From a virus (lineage: Duplodnaviria > Heunggongvirae > Uroviricota > Caudoviricetes): a stretch of 63,256 nt of DNA. Location: the IMG/VR virus record IMGVR_UViG_3300025575_000276; one strand, written 5' to 3'. Positions 18,201 to 29,200 of the stretch are shown here, piece by piece. The first letter of the stretch is position 1. Each line of letters starts with the position of its first letter. The position numbers and the translations under genes were made by a program. Under the pieces are notes generated by a model that saw only the letters and a program-made list of their open reading frames with translations, was not told the origin of the DNA and searched no databases.

Positions 18201-21200
18201 AGGACTGTTGGCAAATTCCTTTATAAGAACGTTACCTTTGTCTATATCGAAGTCTTCTCCCTTTATAATGAGTGACTCGAAAGGAACTCCAATTGAGTTA
18301 CCATAACCATCCATAAACCCAACAACACGGAAACTGTTATCAGATTGTTTCCCTGATCCGGGGATACGTGCTACAATACCGTGAAGGGATTCTTCAAACC
18401 CTTTACGTAGGGGCATTGCCATAGTCTCTGCATCGGCATCCGATAGATTACTGTCTAGTGCCTGTAACCTATCTTGGAAAAAGTAAGGGTCATTAAGGAT
18501 AGTATCAACCTGATCTCCGGGTTGTAATTTGAAGGTTTCCTTCATCCACATTGGAAGAATTACTTCTCCCGGTGTTCCGGTCCATTCAGGTGAGTCCAAC
18601 TTAGTGTACAAGGACGTTCTTGCAACCTTCATCATTTCCTTTGAAACATTTTTCATACCGGCTGCCATAGACATTGCACTTTCAGGAAATAGTGCATTAA
18701 ATTGTTCCAGTACTAGTTTCAGATCGTCAGCAGTTCCATTTCCACTTTTCCAGTTATAGAGTGTTTCGAGAAATTTCCATTCAGGAGTATCTGTAGAAGT
18801 AGTTCCATCGGAATGAGTGTACTTATTGTACTTCAAGTTTCTTGCAGGAGTATCTTTAATGTGGTCTACATTTTCCCCTTCTGAAATACGTTCATTCAGG
18901 TAATCTTTGAACTGAGGTCGCATAATAACTCGATTTACACCAGTATGGTCAACGAACTCATGTACCATTATAAGGTCAGATATCGGGGTAATTACAAACT
19001 GTCCACCGTTGAACTTATGCTTAACAGCAATTTTTTCAAGGGTTGACATTGTTTGTGACTGGAGTATTCTGAGTATCTGGGGATCGTCAAAACTGTATTT
19101 TCCACTGCGGATCTTATCCACAACAAATGATGTAGCAAGTTCTTCATTAGTGTCTGCATACTTAGTAAGGATAGCTTTTGCAAATCTAGCGTTATCCCCT
19201 TTATGTTGAACCATTTCATTAGCAAACTTATGATCAGATAGTTGTGCAATAGCTCTGTATAAAGCCATGGTCTCGCCCATAGTTCTACCTTCTGCCGGAA
19301 CTGCATTAAGTGCCTGTGATATGAGGGACACACCACCTTCAACTTTATCTGGGTCATGGTAAGCATTAAGCTGTATTCCCATGTTCTCATTACTCGATTC
19401 AATGTGGTTTAGTTGTTTACCACTATGAAGAAAGTCTACAATGTTACCATTGTTGTTACTCTGCCCGGTCTTAACGGAAGTCATAATTCCGATCCTTCCT
19501 ACAAAGGCAGTTGCAATAGGATGGTGTGTAGCTCTAATGTCTACAAGTTCTTCAAACACTGTAGGGTTACTAAGGCCACCCAAGTCTTTATAAATCTCCA
19601 GATAGTTGTTGTACACTTTACTTGAGTCAAGTGTAATACCTTTTCTTGAAGTATAGTTAATACGAGTTTCAGGAGGGAATTGTACCATCATGGACATCTC
19701 CACCATCTTATTAGCATCGAACCTTCCATTACCTTCAGAGTACCGCATTACTTCAGGAGTAAGTTCATACTCGGCTTTCTTCTCAAATCTGACAAGTCCT
19801 CTTCTAAGGTCCCTGTCTGTTTGGATATTCTTGACAATTGAAGAATTAAACTCAGAGTATGCACCCCCAAAAGAATTAGACATCAAAAGTCTTTCCATTG
19901 GAGTAATAAACATGGCACCATCATATACTTCTTGATCCTGTTTTTTAAACAGCGAAAGTACATTGGTAGCTAGCTTAGTATCTGAGAAATATGCTACCCT
20001 TGAGAAAGAACCTAATAGGTTGTTATAACTCTCAGAAGTATCTACAGGAGTTCCTTGAGCATTTAGCCGGGTTAGGATTGGTTGATAATAAGAACTTGTC
20101 TGTAACTTGCTTCTCTTTATTCTGTCCACATAACTATCGTTCATCATGGCATTTAAAGGAGTGTAGTTTGAACTCTCTTGTACATCCGTACTCTTAGGAG
20201 CTTTGTACTGGAATATATTCCCCTGCATGATGTGCATCATGTCGTTGGCGATAGTGTTGTAATGCCAGAAGTAACCTTCAAACAGAGGGTTGTACTCGAT
20301 ATCATTACCGTTTTTTAGGACTACATCTCCGGATTTCCATTTTTCACCAAACCTTGTGGCCATAGCCTCGTTAACCAAGTTTGAACCAATATCCTTTGAA
20401 TTAAACCTTATGTTAGCGCCTTTAGTTTCAGACTCTTTAAGTCCTATAGTATCTCTGGAAGTAAGGTTCGAAATGAATCGTTTTAACTGATCATCCATAA
20501 AAGCATCCAATTTAGGATACGCACCTGTAATATCAGGAGTGTGGATCTCGACCATTTTAGCAAAGTCTCCACGGATACCAATTATTTTGGATTTGACCTT
20601 ACCCTCGGTGATCTCTTTAACAACATAGTCATGGTTCTCAACAAGTTTTCCATCTCTACCATCAAGGTTTGATATAACCTCTTGTGGGATCTTTGCTGTC
20701 TCGACATACTTCTTAAGATCAGTTAAGGTCTTTACGTTCTCAATACCATTGAAGTTTATCTCAGGGTACTTACTTCTGATATTGTTAATTACACTTTTCC
20801 ACTCATTAACTACACTCTGTCCTACCTTTTGGTAATACCTCCCTACGGAGTTATTATAGTCCTTCTTTAAAGAGGCATTGTCTAATTTCCCATTTAGTAC
20901 TGGAAGAAAATCTACTGTCCCTGCCCCTTTGGTTATCTCCGGTATAGCAACAGAACTACCATCGGAGAAGGTTGCAATATTAAGGTGAGCAGCTTTAAAT
21001 CCGGTGTTCACTGCATGGGTTCCAAACAAACCGTAGATATCAAAGATGGCATTGTCTAAGTATGTAAGACTCTTGTGGGATACCGCTTTTTCATCGGTAG
21101 ATTTCTTGAACCCATCCTTTATTCCCCAAGTAGTTATTTTATAAAGTCCTCTTTTAAAGATACTTTCAGAATGCACGGAGTCCGGAGTATTCATAATATC

Positions 21201-23273
21201 GAAAACCTTACCAGTAAATTTGTGGATAGGCATCGTTAACCCATAAGATGCTACAGTATTTCCATCAGCATTTGTGTTCTTAGAAACACTATAGATATCA
21301 CTTACATTGTCAATCTCATCTGCTAAGAAATCGAAATCATAGTGCATTACCTTTGAAGGGTATAGGAAGTTCTTCTTAGTCTCATCGGAGACAGGGTTCC
21401 ACTCTGCCAGTTTGGATCTGACATCATTGGTAATCCCCATTGCATGACGAATAGCAGTTCCTCTTGTAACATCTTTGTCGAACACCGCTTTATTGTAGAT
21501 GTTCAGTCCTACCAGATTAACTAGAATGTCGTTAAGCTTTTGAATTCCAGTTCGGTTTAGAGTTCCGTCTGTATTCTTTATTATTCTGGAGACCGTCTCT
21601 GACGACAATACGACACCATGTCTGGCTAATAAATTACTGTAGTCATTAGAGTCTAAAGCCGGGATCTCTGAAGATGCTTTATCATCCCCAATCAGCCTAT
21701 CAGCCTTTAGAAATGTTGAAAGTGTACTGTCCGGAGCAACCTTCGACACTTCAAATGAAACCTGAGCACTTCCACCACCCCTCTTGACAAACCCTATAGT
21801 CAGTAAGTCTGGAGTACCTTTGAATGCATTTTTCGGAGTTAGGAACCCACCTGAAATCTGTTTGCGAGTGTCCTCACTATTAAGGGTATCTACAATGTTA
21901 TTGGAGTTTCCCTTTAACAATTCTCTAGTTGCAGATCCTCCCTGAGTTAGTTTAAGTTCTCCATCTTCAAAAGAGAAAAGATCGTATTTGGAAGTTTGAG
22001 CAATATTACCTGCAAAATTTACCAACATAGAATTAATGCTTTTCTTTTTGGACAACTCAGACCTGTTGGCAATGGAAGTAAGTGAATGGAAATCTCTTAA
22101 CCCACCTTCTGCATGAACAGTGATAGGGGCATCAGAAAAGAATTTATGGTAAATAGACCAAGCCACACCACCTTCAGGTTTAGAACTGTTGGCAGTAGCG
22201 TAGTTATAGATAGCACCTTTGATATCTTCAATATACGGTGTATATAGTGTTCTACTGTCTTTGTTACCACTAACCATAATAGAAGTATTGATGTTTGATA
22301 TCATCTTCTTCATGGCATTTTGAGTAAGGAACTTACCAGGTACTTCTCTGAACACACCTTCTGAAACCCTTTCAAGTACCGGAGTGGCTATAAGGTGTAG
22401 CTTAGTTAAACCGGCAATTGTAGCAAGGGCAACCCCTACCCCATCGTTATCCTCCCAACCTTCTCTTGATTCAGTATCAGTTTTGTAGAAGTATTCACCA
22501 GTAGATTTGTTAAAGTCGATTGCCTCTCCAATGTGTATCTTAATAAGAGTCGGAAGGAACTTATCGATCATAGAAGTAAGGTAGACATCCTTAAGGTGGG
22601 AGTCGTCCTTATATCCTTTTGCCAGTGCTTCAGGAGCTGTCTGGTTGATCGTATCAACATAACTGGAGTTGGCTTCAAGTTTATCTTTAAGTTCTTGCTT
22701 AAAGGCTTGTATGCGCTCATTTAAAACCTTACTGGTATCGGAGTAAAATTCTCCTTTGTACGCATTGGCGATAGCAGCATTGTAGAACTCACGTTTGAAC
22801 TTCTGCCCAAGTTGTAAGTAATACTGGCTGGTGAACTCCATGTGGTTTACAAGGTCTCCCGGAGTCAATGCCCAAGTCTTGATCACTTTTTTAAACTCTT
22901 CAATAGGATCCCCTAAATCTGAATTTGGATCTTGTTGAATTGGTTGGTCCGGGGCAAATGCTTTCTGTTCGGCTACAGGGTCTACTGTAAGTCCTTTCTG
23001 AACACGTTTAGTGTAAGCATCTACGTAACTTTGGAGACTAACCGGGTCAATCACTTTACCTCCATTCATCTCTCGATAAACAGTACTTATGGCATTCTTA
23101 ACAAACTTCAACCCTAGGTTAGGATCGGTTAAACCAGTATCGTCATTTGAGACAATACTGGTAAGTGTGTTGTAAATTTTATCCGCTAACTCATCTGGGG
23201 AGGACTTCAATTCGTCCTCCCTTACTTCAGTTATTACCGGAAGTCTGTGTGTTTTTTCAAGGTTACAACCCAT
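12270..23273 (-). CDS. Virion RNA polymerase (crAss-like, phi14:2 gp66 type) with C-terminal accessory domains
   Basis: ARIPGSGKQS...VVGF...KGEDFDIDK; catalytic DFDID at 18240-18254 (aa 1674-1678). Zincin HELSH at 12714-12728 followed by EEAFAE. Confidence 0.88.
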   Translation of the reverse strand: MGCNLEKTHRLPVITEVREDELKSSPDELADKIYNTLTSIVSNDDTGLTDPNLGLKFVKNAISTVYREMNGGKVIDPVSLQSYVDAYTKRVQKGLTVDPVAEQKAFAPDQPIQQDPNSDLGDPIEEFKKVIKTWALTPGDLVNHMEFTSQYYLQLGQKFKREFYNAAIANAYKGEFYSDTSKVLNERIQAFKQELKDKLEANSSYVDTINQTAPEALAKGYKDDSHLKDVYLTSMIDKFLPTLIKIHIGEAIDFNKSTGEYFYKTDTESREGWEDNDGVGVALATIAGLTKLHLIATPVLERVSEGVFREVPGKFLTQNAMKKMISNINTSIMVSGNKDSRTLYTPYIEDIKGAIYNYATANSSKPEGGVAWSIYHKFFSDAPITVHAEGGLRDFHSLTSIANRSELSKKKSINSMLVNFAGNIAQTSKYDLFSFEDGELKLTQGGSATRELLKGNSNNIVDTLNSEDTRKQISGGFLTPKNAFKGTPDLLTIGFVKRGGGSAQVSFEVSKVAPDSTLSTFLKADRLIGDDKASSEIPALDSNDYSNLLARHGVVLSSETVSRIIKNTDGTLNRTGIQKLNDILVNLVGLNIYNKAVFDKDVTRGTAIRHAMGITNDVRSKLAEWNPVSDETKKNFLYPSKVMHYDFDFLADEIDNVSDIYSVSKNTNADGNTVASYGLTMPIHKFTGKVFDIMNTPDSVHSESIFKRGLYKITTWGIKDGFKKSTDEKAVSHKSLTYLDNAIFDIYGLFGTHAVNTGFKAAHLNIATFSDGSSVAIPEITKGAGTVDFLPVLNGKLDNASLKKDYNNSVGRYYQKVGQSVVNEWKSVINNIRSKYPEINFNGIENVKTLTDLKKYVETAKIPQEVISNLDGRDGKLVENHDYVVKEITEGKVKSKIIGIRGDFAKMVEIHTPDITGAYPKLDAFMDDQLKRFISNLTSRDTIGLKESETKGANIRFNSKDIGSNLVNEAMATRFGEKWKSGDVVLKNGNDIEYNPLFEGYFWHYNTIANDMMHIMQGNIFQYKAPKSTDVQESSNYTPLNAMMNDSYVDRIKRSKLQTSSYYQPILTRLNAQGTPVDTSESYNNLLGSFSRVAYFSDTKLATNVLSLFKKQDQEVYDGAMFITPMERLLMSNSFGGAYSEFNSSIVKNIQTDRDLRRGLVRFEKKAEYELTPEVMRYSEGNGRFDANKMVEMSMMVQFPPETRINYTSRKGITLDSSKVYNNYLEIYKDLGGLSNPTVFEELVDIRATHHPIATAFVGRIGIMTSVKTGQSNNNGNIVDFLHSGKQLNHIESSNENMGIQLNAYHDPDKVEGGVSLISQALNAVPAEGRTMGETMALYRAIAQLSDHKFANEMVQHKGDNARFAKAILTKYADTNEELATSFVVDKIRSGKYSFDDPQILRILQSQTMSTLEKIAVKHKFNGGQFVITPISDLIMVHEFVDHTGVNRVIMRPQFKDYLNERISEGENVDHIKDTPARNLKYNKYTHSDGTTSTDTPEWKFLETLYNWKSGNGTADDLKLVLEQFNALFPESAMSMAAGMKNVSKEMMKVARTSLYTKLDSPEWTGTPGEVILPMWMKETFKLQPGDQVDTILNDPYFFQDRLQALDSNLSDADAETMAMPLRKGFEESLHGIVARIPGSGKQSDNSFRVVGFMDGYGNSIGVPFESLIIKGEDFDIDKGNVLIKEFANSPNNLNHTGMSYPYKVDSTGNVLSKAQFKQLYPEEFQSFEDSFKGKNAEWYESGVRNFIVDTLYRTGIAPKVALEKGSIVNTDSLGNIVKGEKNEMFFSPSNPLSTIIMAVINQRGKQMVGVEATAEKAYFAIYYSAMKQVMKEGGTIIKNSFKPFEVNIPGGKDGKDGIVFSKIANLSNIDILSQMHPEEVLEVKKALINARKDGAIKRQAWSEYSGLINAATDNAKLLYLGRLNADLDTGNFLNALVAVGCPIERAVAFITQPKMIELQERAKSEGVSLKQILGDIVYNKTKGYEDIIKVSRMAKEFQFVGKSLSVNTKFPNKGEDVYSYSRKIEDFIKGAKDRSENRTNGSAVKTLRDFNFTTFLNNPTYRDKMIDAYDRIRIIVNPLRVFSDNEHYHSNMKYYQKGKDMISELSSTVALTHLIMDKFDKDKLNDENLFLRARRTAEKYLKILYFRNRPVDVQYDDNDPNAVRTYKFNATKSTNEYGNSLQFLDHFRGFVTKLREKYPENFFVEKLVASNSRDTLTGKDFTVYRTMDTRNTSDEVIMMLKTGLKNIDVKDQKVLFNYSLLMSSFNNVSGSFYDLMNTNLHQDFNDFLSSVSPNRLFKNSQATNTIVLDMGVLSGMVSDLSLQEYEEVKSLPKATDYTTPDKVKLYNKDTKKSEYYEKGTDYDETGEKTTVYKKVSNTNDLATIMPFTITDKGELQLNYSKTAQNLDDNSDNSHLMDGDEQPRFRRASLVNSPDKKQDIKYGRETLLKKQGVFSVTPDKAVDKKAITKAELSNKYIGFGNEGSSTKLYGDQIYLKHTNTDTGEISSEAASIVNSGKYTKDDVVFLSANGKRNGAKSLKEWNSNITQTKTELNKAMDAGATIVKDSERYLKSNPYNTGEVELSAYLKKNGYVYSEQPYDGQILGVWKSPGTKINEQPSEVKLSPLNYEEGMNQANSRIRENNIPQNLQGDTANKWGKTQSVNSEVAASKLGKNAFSIDMIEAGFRTRTTRSGKEIAKYGKIEGEDGEDRYDLKPGTYIHQFGKSVNGTTKSILTRVTAVYDKSDPRFEANWHKEGWSANGFGKLSPGLEYAVEFEVVKPKEVTPEVPKKVTTEDETGRTLSPENAEVNKFIDKNNKLFYSVEHAYQSFKTGTFDNSIYSDPRWAKGEVVINPAPAKTENGFNEFLLKRSKEAVANAKKETINSLPKPVFSSVDKPLKIFTAGHTATGYDVDGKTPIAMPGYGSFVQAPEGRQGVDSGTYESPLAPFNQGFKDTYFADDIVTGTSNFIEKYSEVGVSPENKSLAEKILDNADSTIQSSQVKVVDSPFMRQYNSDHGIQNEWVSKYDPESNTFFVMGNTPTLDIENAFIHELTSATTQSEFKINEEFKSNIEELASAVEHTPAQTFLSDALTDKKYQESIKETPSPYEGSGKSVWNDFTETVGKIYATVFGHTGNLDSVLSVPDVSTKPVPQTNFDGEETPVEKPIVEHHIEPKSSPIASLLDSIESNEFSEDPISRVSSIDGNGQGVEFSNKTNIVDEFTSGDPKTSKIVAGTQEEANTINEQVRKKMFGNDLDTIHKGEVLTDANGEDFHVTSARKSTKTIISPLKKEIDLSGTTLETKDSSGKSKTVFLADADSLEINAKDLDQAKKYFESLKGIPRVEKELAQNMEAFYSKFSTLGTDYNFGYAVTPDTLKGKHDNLYIHEDSIFSDPDVESRNVRLHKAISGTNGKVTILSSRYFPKEADINKPKYTLVKSVSDASDHVITNRVGQTSTLNSKMLGNFSRLAGDTFGVKVRIITNEDILNGDLPLSLLDKKGFAHDGIIYINSGLNTIDTPMHELSHVWLNAIKPAKPELYSRIVDTWAKTEQGKRIQAEHPEYSPEIVGEEAFAEWVGESSDGTFDMLGNQNAYLNWISEKLSLLSPGATAEMSVAKLAKEMIDGGKLSGYFDNLTSANREDLSDLYGTGYLNEKLQSIKDRMYKSKTLEKKC

Positions 23274-23294
23274 TGTGTATTATGATTTTAATTA

Positions 23295-26200
23295 TTAACA
23301 AACTTTAAGTGAGATAAGCATTTTTGTGACAAGTTTAGCTATATCAGGATGATCCCCTGTTGCTTCGGCTATGTCGCTCATTAAGTTCTTAACAGTACTT
23401 ATATCCCCAACTTTGGTAGCTTCTACAAGTTGTTGATGTAATTTACTTATTTCACTATTTGGAGAAAGGTCTAGTCCAGTTATTTTTGGAAGAATGTTTC
23501 CAATATTAGTTGTTGCTTCATGTAGCACAGTTCCGGCATCTTTAACAGGATTCCTTTGAGCAGTTCTCCATACTTTATCGGCCTTAAGTATATCTGCTGT
23601 AAGTGTTGCCACTAAATCATCATCCCCAAGGATTACAGCCTGTGCTTTTAATTCTTTAAGATCATCAACATGCTGTTTGATAAGTTCAGGTAACATTCCT
23701 TTCAAAGTTACCTTTCTTGCACTATCTGCTGCAAGTTCTATGTTTTGAGAAGTCTTAGGTTGTGGAACACCTTCTCCCGGTGTCTGAGGGATAATTTGCA
23801 TTGGGTCTGGTTTAGTTTTTAATCCGGTAACGTCACTTAGGAATTCAGGACTGAATTTAATAACAGGAGCTGAAAGTTTTCCATAGTTAGTAGTTAACAA
23901 AGATAGTGAACTTTCACTTTCCTTTGTAGCCATAAGTCCTTTATGTGCAGATAAAGTTTCAATCCTGTCCCTATCGACATTGCCCATAATTCCTTTTGGA
24001 AAACTCTTCGTTTTCTTTAGTTCGGAATCAAACTTTTCAAGAATTGCAGTGTCAGTGTTTTTCAATAAACTTAGAAACCCATCACCACCAGTTCTCCAAT
24101 CAACTGCCCCATCAGTCTTAAGTTTAGCATCCATATTACCTTGGGTAATTTTCACTTCTCTCATTTGCCTACCAAGACCCTTATCATATATCTTGAACTT
24201 AGTAAGTAGATCACTCAGGAATGCCTTATAGGGGACATCTGTTGCATTGTTGTACATTTCACGAACAGTCAATAGAAACTGACGTTTAGTATTTGGAGAC
24301 ATTACTTCAGTGGATTTTACACCTTCTAATACAGGTATCATCTCTTTAATATCAGTTAACCCTCTTGACACATTGTCTAGTGGAATTCTACCAATACCGT
24401 TGCTTTTTAAGAAAGCCTCATTGATATGTGTTCCTGTTTTGAACTCACTGTGTAGCATATCGATATTACTCTTATTGTAAGAATAGAATACTACTGGTAT
24501 AGCACTTCCAGATGTACTTGTGTCAAGGAACAACTTGGAGAAGTGCATAGGAGGAAGTAATTCTGGGTTTACCTCTGGTTTGTCAGAATGTTTATTCATC
24601 AATTCCTTGATAGTAATACGTCCATTTTTCTTCTTCATAATGTTAGGATTGCCGGCACCTACCACAACATCCTTACCACCTTCTCTAGCATTGAGAAACT
24701 TACTGGTGATGTCAATTCCTCCAGACTTACTGACCACATCCATAAATCCTTTTATCCTAGTTGTGTCTACAGGAAAAGTAGCAAGTATAATATCGTAAGT
24801 GGTACCATTTGACCGTTTACCTGTAGTTGTGAGGTAGAGAGTGTCGTGGTTAAGTAAATTAGGATAGTCAATTTTAGCCTTTCCTGTAGAGTGTTCCATC
24901 CTAAGGATGTTACCCGACTTAAGGAATATCTTAGATCCTTGGGTCTCATAGTCTCTGATCTTAGCAAGTACCTTAGCCTTAACTTCATGTGTTGCAAAAA
25001 AATCATCCACATTCTTAGTCTTCACCATATTAGGTACAACCCAAGTATATGTTGGTATCATTGCATCTGAAGAGTCCTTCAGATTTCTCTGATTGTCGTC
25101 CTCGACATCTTCAGGAACTCCCTCGACTTTATCATTAGGATCTGTAGTATCTGCTTCAGGAGCTTTACCTTTCCCGGCTAGTTTTTTATTTCTGAGTGCT
25201 TCAAGATCATGTAATTTTTGTTCAGCCTGAAGTTTGATAAATTCATTGGTAGAAGTCCCTTTGAATGCATCTAACTTGCTCACACCTATTTTAGCAACCT
25301 GTATTTTTGGAATGTCCTTTAGTTTAGGTTTACCTGAAGAACTGGCAGTTGTCTCCTTTGAGTTGTAATTGTTGTAAGCATCTTCAAATAATTTTGAAAC
25401 ACCGGCATACTCACTGTCATTCGCTTTGAAAAGTTCGTCAATGGCATCTCGCAGGTAAGTTGAGTCAACTACAGTTCCCATAGTTTTAGGATCACTTATA
25501 GCCTTAGCAATAAACCTGTAAACATCATTAGGAGTTTTAACCTTCTCATCAGTTATGTTCACACGAACATCGTCTATTAACTTGGGATCAGGAGGATATA
25601 AAGACAACGTGGCTCGAACAAGTTCATTCTCAAGTGTCTCTTTAATGAATTTACTTTTTGCCTCGTCAATATTACCATTTGAGGTAAAGTTGTCAAGCGC
25701 ATCCAGTACCTTATCGGTAGAGATAGAAAGGGTGTTCCTTGTGTCTTTTCCGGTTGTATCGTATCTAAATGTAAGCCCTTTACTCTTACTGCCTTTAACC
25801 GAACTAACAGGAAGGTTCTTGAGTAGTTCCCGGATATTTGATACATTTTCTTTTCCAAATATTCTTTCAAGTTCACCTACAAATTGATCTGTAGTGGTTT
25901 TACCAGAGATCAAACCATCCAATGAAGTGCTTAGAGATGTCCTTATCTCTTCAAGTCCTTTGATACCTGAACTTACAGGGTTTAGTTTAATTAAAGGAAC
26001 TTTGGTTTTAACAACCACATCAACAGTTTCCTCACCCTCTGATGGTTTGAATTCATCAGGGATATCGTCAATAGACATTAACTCGATCTCCGGAGCTACG
26101 TCATACCAATCTTGGAGTTCTTGTTCAATGTATTCCAGTGTCTCCCCGCTAAGATCGTAGGCAACTCCTTCTAATGGGCCTTCTTCAGAAGACGATAACA

Positions 26201-29200
26201 TTTCCATTGTCTCTGACTCAATAACTTCATCCTCTAATCTATTGAAGTCGGCCTCTGGGAAGTTAAAGTCTGGATCACTAAATTCGACAAGGTATGGTGA
26301 TATGTCACCTTCTTCCCATCTTTCGTTACCCCAAACTTCATGTAGGTAGTTATTAAGTTCATGTATGATTTCATTCTCAGCTATAAACTGTCTCCTAACC
26401 TCATCAGTTGGAAGTTTTGAGAACTCCTCCATTTGATTGTCAAGTTGTTCTTTGAACACTACAGCATCAGCAGGATTAATGCTTCCTTCTGGAACTAATT
26501 TATTCCACAGACCCTCTATGATAGTTGTCCCCTTTCCTATTTCATAGGTAGTTAAAGCCTTATTACTCGATAAGTCCCCAGGTACTTTTGGATCTGCATT
26601 TTCCTGTGACAAGACAACTTTTCTTGGAACGGATTTACCATCAGACAAAATGGTTATCATGTTGTCCAATTGTTCAATAGTGTTCTCAGTATTCTTCTTA
26701 TAAAACTCGGGTGTAAGTTTAGTAGCTACAGGTTTAATACTCTCTGCACTTTGCTCTGAGGACCAGTTTCTGTTGGAGTTATGGAAACCACTTTCTGTTT
26801 CAGCATCGTTAACAAATAAGACAAAATCTTCAACCCGTGAAACTGCCGTACTAATTGAACTGATTTTTTCAAGTTCTCGGTTCTTTTTGTTGACGTACAT
26901 GAGGGTACCTTCCTCTTTACCGGCCTCACCAGTTTTACCAAAGTCAACAACAATAGTTTTGAACTCCTGTCCCTGAACCTTGTTAAAGGGAACGATAAGG
27001 ATGTCCTCGCCCATTCCTTTGTCTTTTATTCTCTGTTCTATTGCTTGCATTTCATGGCTACTTAAGTCCCTGTCAGTTATGTATGCTGCTTTGTAAGCAT
27101 CATTGTTTGCTGCTTTTTGCTCTTGAATGTTATGCAACCATAAGTTTAAACCTCCTTCGGGAGTATCCTCTGTCAAGGTTTTACCGTCAACTATACGCAT
27201 ACCGGACAACTTACCCGAAGCATCAGTTCCCCAAATTGTTTTTACTTCTTGGTTTTGAAAGTCCCCTTTCTTAGTCTTTTGAGTCATGGTTGCTAAGAAA
27301 TCCGCAATAGGCAATGAACCTGTTCTTTGGGAGAACTCCAAACGATTTGTCTGAATGAGGCCGGGGAATAAACTATCGTTACCAATGTTCATATTCTGAA
27401 CCCTAGGAGCACCGTCTTCATCAGGAGTTGTCTCATTATATCCTCCCTGTAAATTGTCCCCGATAAACACTACCTGAAGTCGTGTATTACGTGAATCATT
27501 GTATTGTTGCAACTCACGGTGGAGTTCAAGTACTTTATCTTTTGGGATGAAGGTGGCCTCATCATAAAGTGCTACAATCGCAGCCTTATTTAATTTTGTG
27601 TCCCTGTTACGAACTGCTTCGATAAGATCATCAATAGTGAAACTGCCATTGTTCCCTATTTCAATAGGAGTTAAACCTCTATCAGTTAAATTTTTATTAA
27701 GATTATCTCTTTGAGCCACAATGTTAGCAGCAGTTATTACACCTGATGGGGCCTCAGGAGTATTCTTCAACTCCTTACCTAACATGTCTAAAAAGTACCA
27801 AGGAACGAATGAACTTTTCCCAGATCCCCACGTACCAAACATGGTGATGAAATCATTGTAATATACAGGTACAGTAGAGTCTTTAGAGAATTGAGTTGGA
27901 TCATACATCTTGGTTATAGTGTCACCAAGAAAATCATCCAGTGTAGTATCTTTACCCTTAAGTCTAGTTAAAGTTGTACTAAGGAGTTGTTTGATCACTT
28001 CCCTCTGTTCGAATGTAGGAGAGACACCTTTATTGGTTCCCTTCTCCATATTTTCTTTTATGAGTTCACTTAGGTCCTCATTAAACTTTAGGTGGTCTAT
28101 CTCCAGATTAAACTTTAACTTCATTATAGCATGAAGTGTCTCAAGTTTTTGAGAAATTCCTGTGACTTTAGCGAGTTTATCTGTAATACTCTTCCTACTT
28201 ATCCGACCAGTCTTACTTAATTCAGGACTGTTCCAGATCTTGCTAAGTGCTTGAAAATATTGAGTAGTTAACAACTGTCGTTCCTGAAACTCCATAGGAG
28301 CTTTACCCCTAAGTTTTCCGGCCAACTCTTCAAGTTCAGGAGATTGGAACTCGGTTATTCCCAAATTCGCAATAACATTTTGGTGAATCTCTGTGAACTG
28401 TCTTTTTAGAACAGTTGCATTTTTCTTATTGGTGGCCTCGATTGGATCAAATGAGTTGGCATCATCCGCTTTTGCAAGCCTGTTTGCCCTTTTCCACCTT
28501 TCATCTAATTGCTCAAGCTTTTTTACATATATTGCAAGGTCTTCTTTCTCACTCTTTGCAGCCTCATCAAGGAGTTCCTTATGTTTCAGTGGATCTAGTT
28601 CCTTCCAGACGACTGTACGTAACCCAACTGTCTTGGGGGATATTAGCCTTATACTGTCCTTGTCGTCATTTAATTGATCCTTAAACTGTTCCCTGAAAGC
28701 ACTAACTAATGGGTTTAACTCAATAGCTGCTCCAAGGAAGTTCATCTTATTTAGTACGTCCTCCTTAATCGCTAAGGGAACTTTATCTACAGAGTGATAC
28801 GTTTCTTTCCTTACAGCATAATCAGCCTCTTCATTATCAAGGATTGTATCTGTAAAGTTTCCTTTAAATACATCAAATGGATATGTAGTAGGGTTGATAT
28901 CTGCTAAAGATGCAGCTTTCTTCTTTTCTATATTCTGTAATTGGTAGTGTTTGGCCTCAAGTCTACTGATAAACTCATTATCAGTTTCCCCATTTACTCT
29001 AGTTGCATCAACTCTTGCAGCATAGGCAGCTTCTTCCTCACCATCTTTTTTAGTTGGGGTACTGTCAACATCAAAGATAGAAAAACCATCCTTATCTGGG
29101 AGTAGCATTTGTACTTGATCAACCCTGCTAAGTTTAGAGATGGCCTTCTCTTGTTCGGGTGTGAGTTCTGTCTGGCCAGTCTTCTTTAAAATTCTATCTC

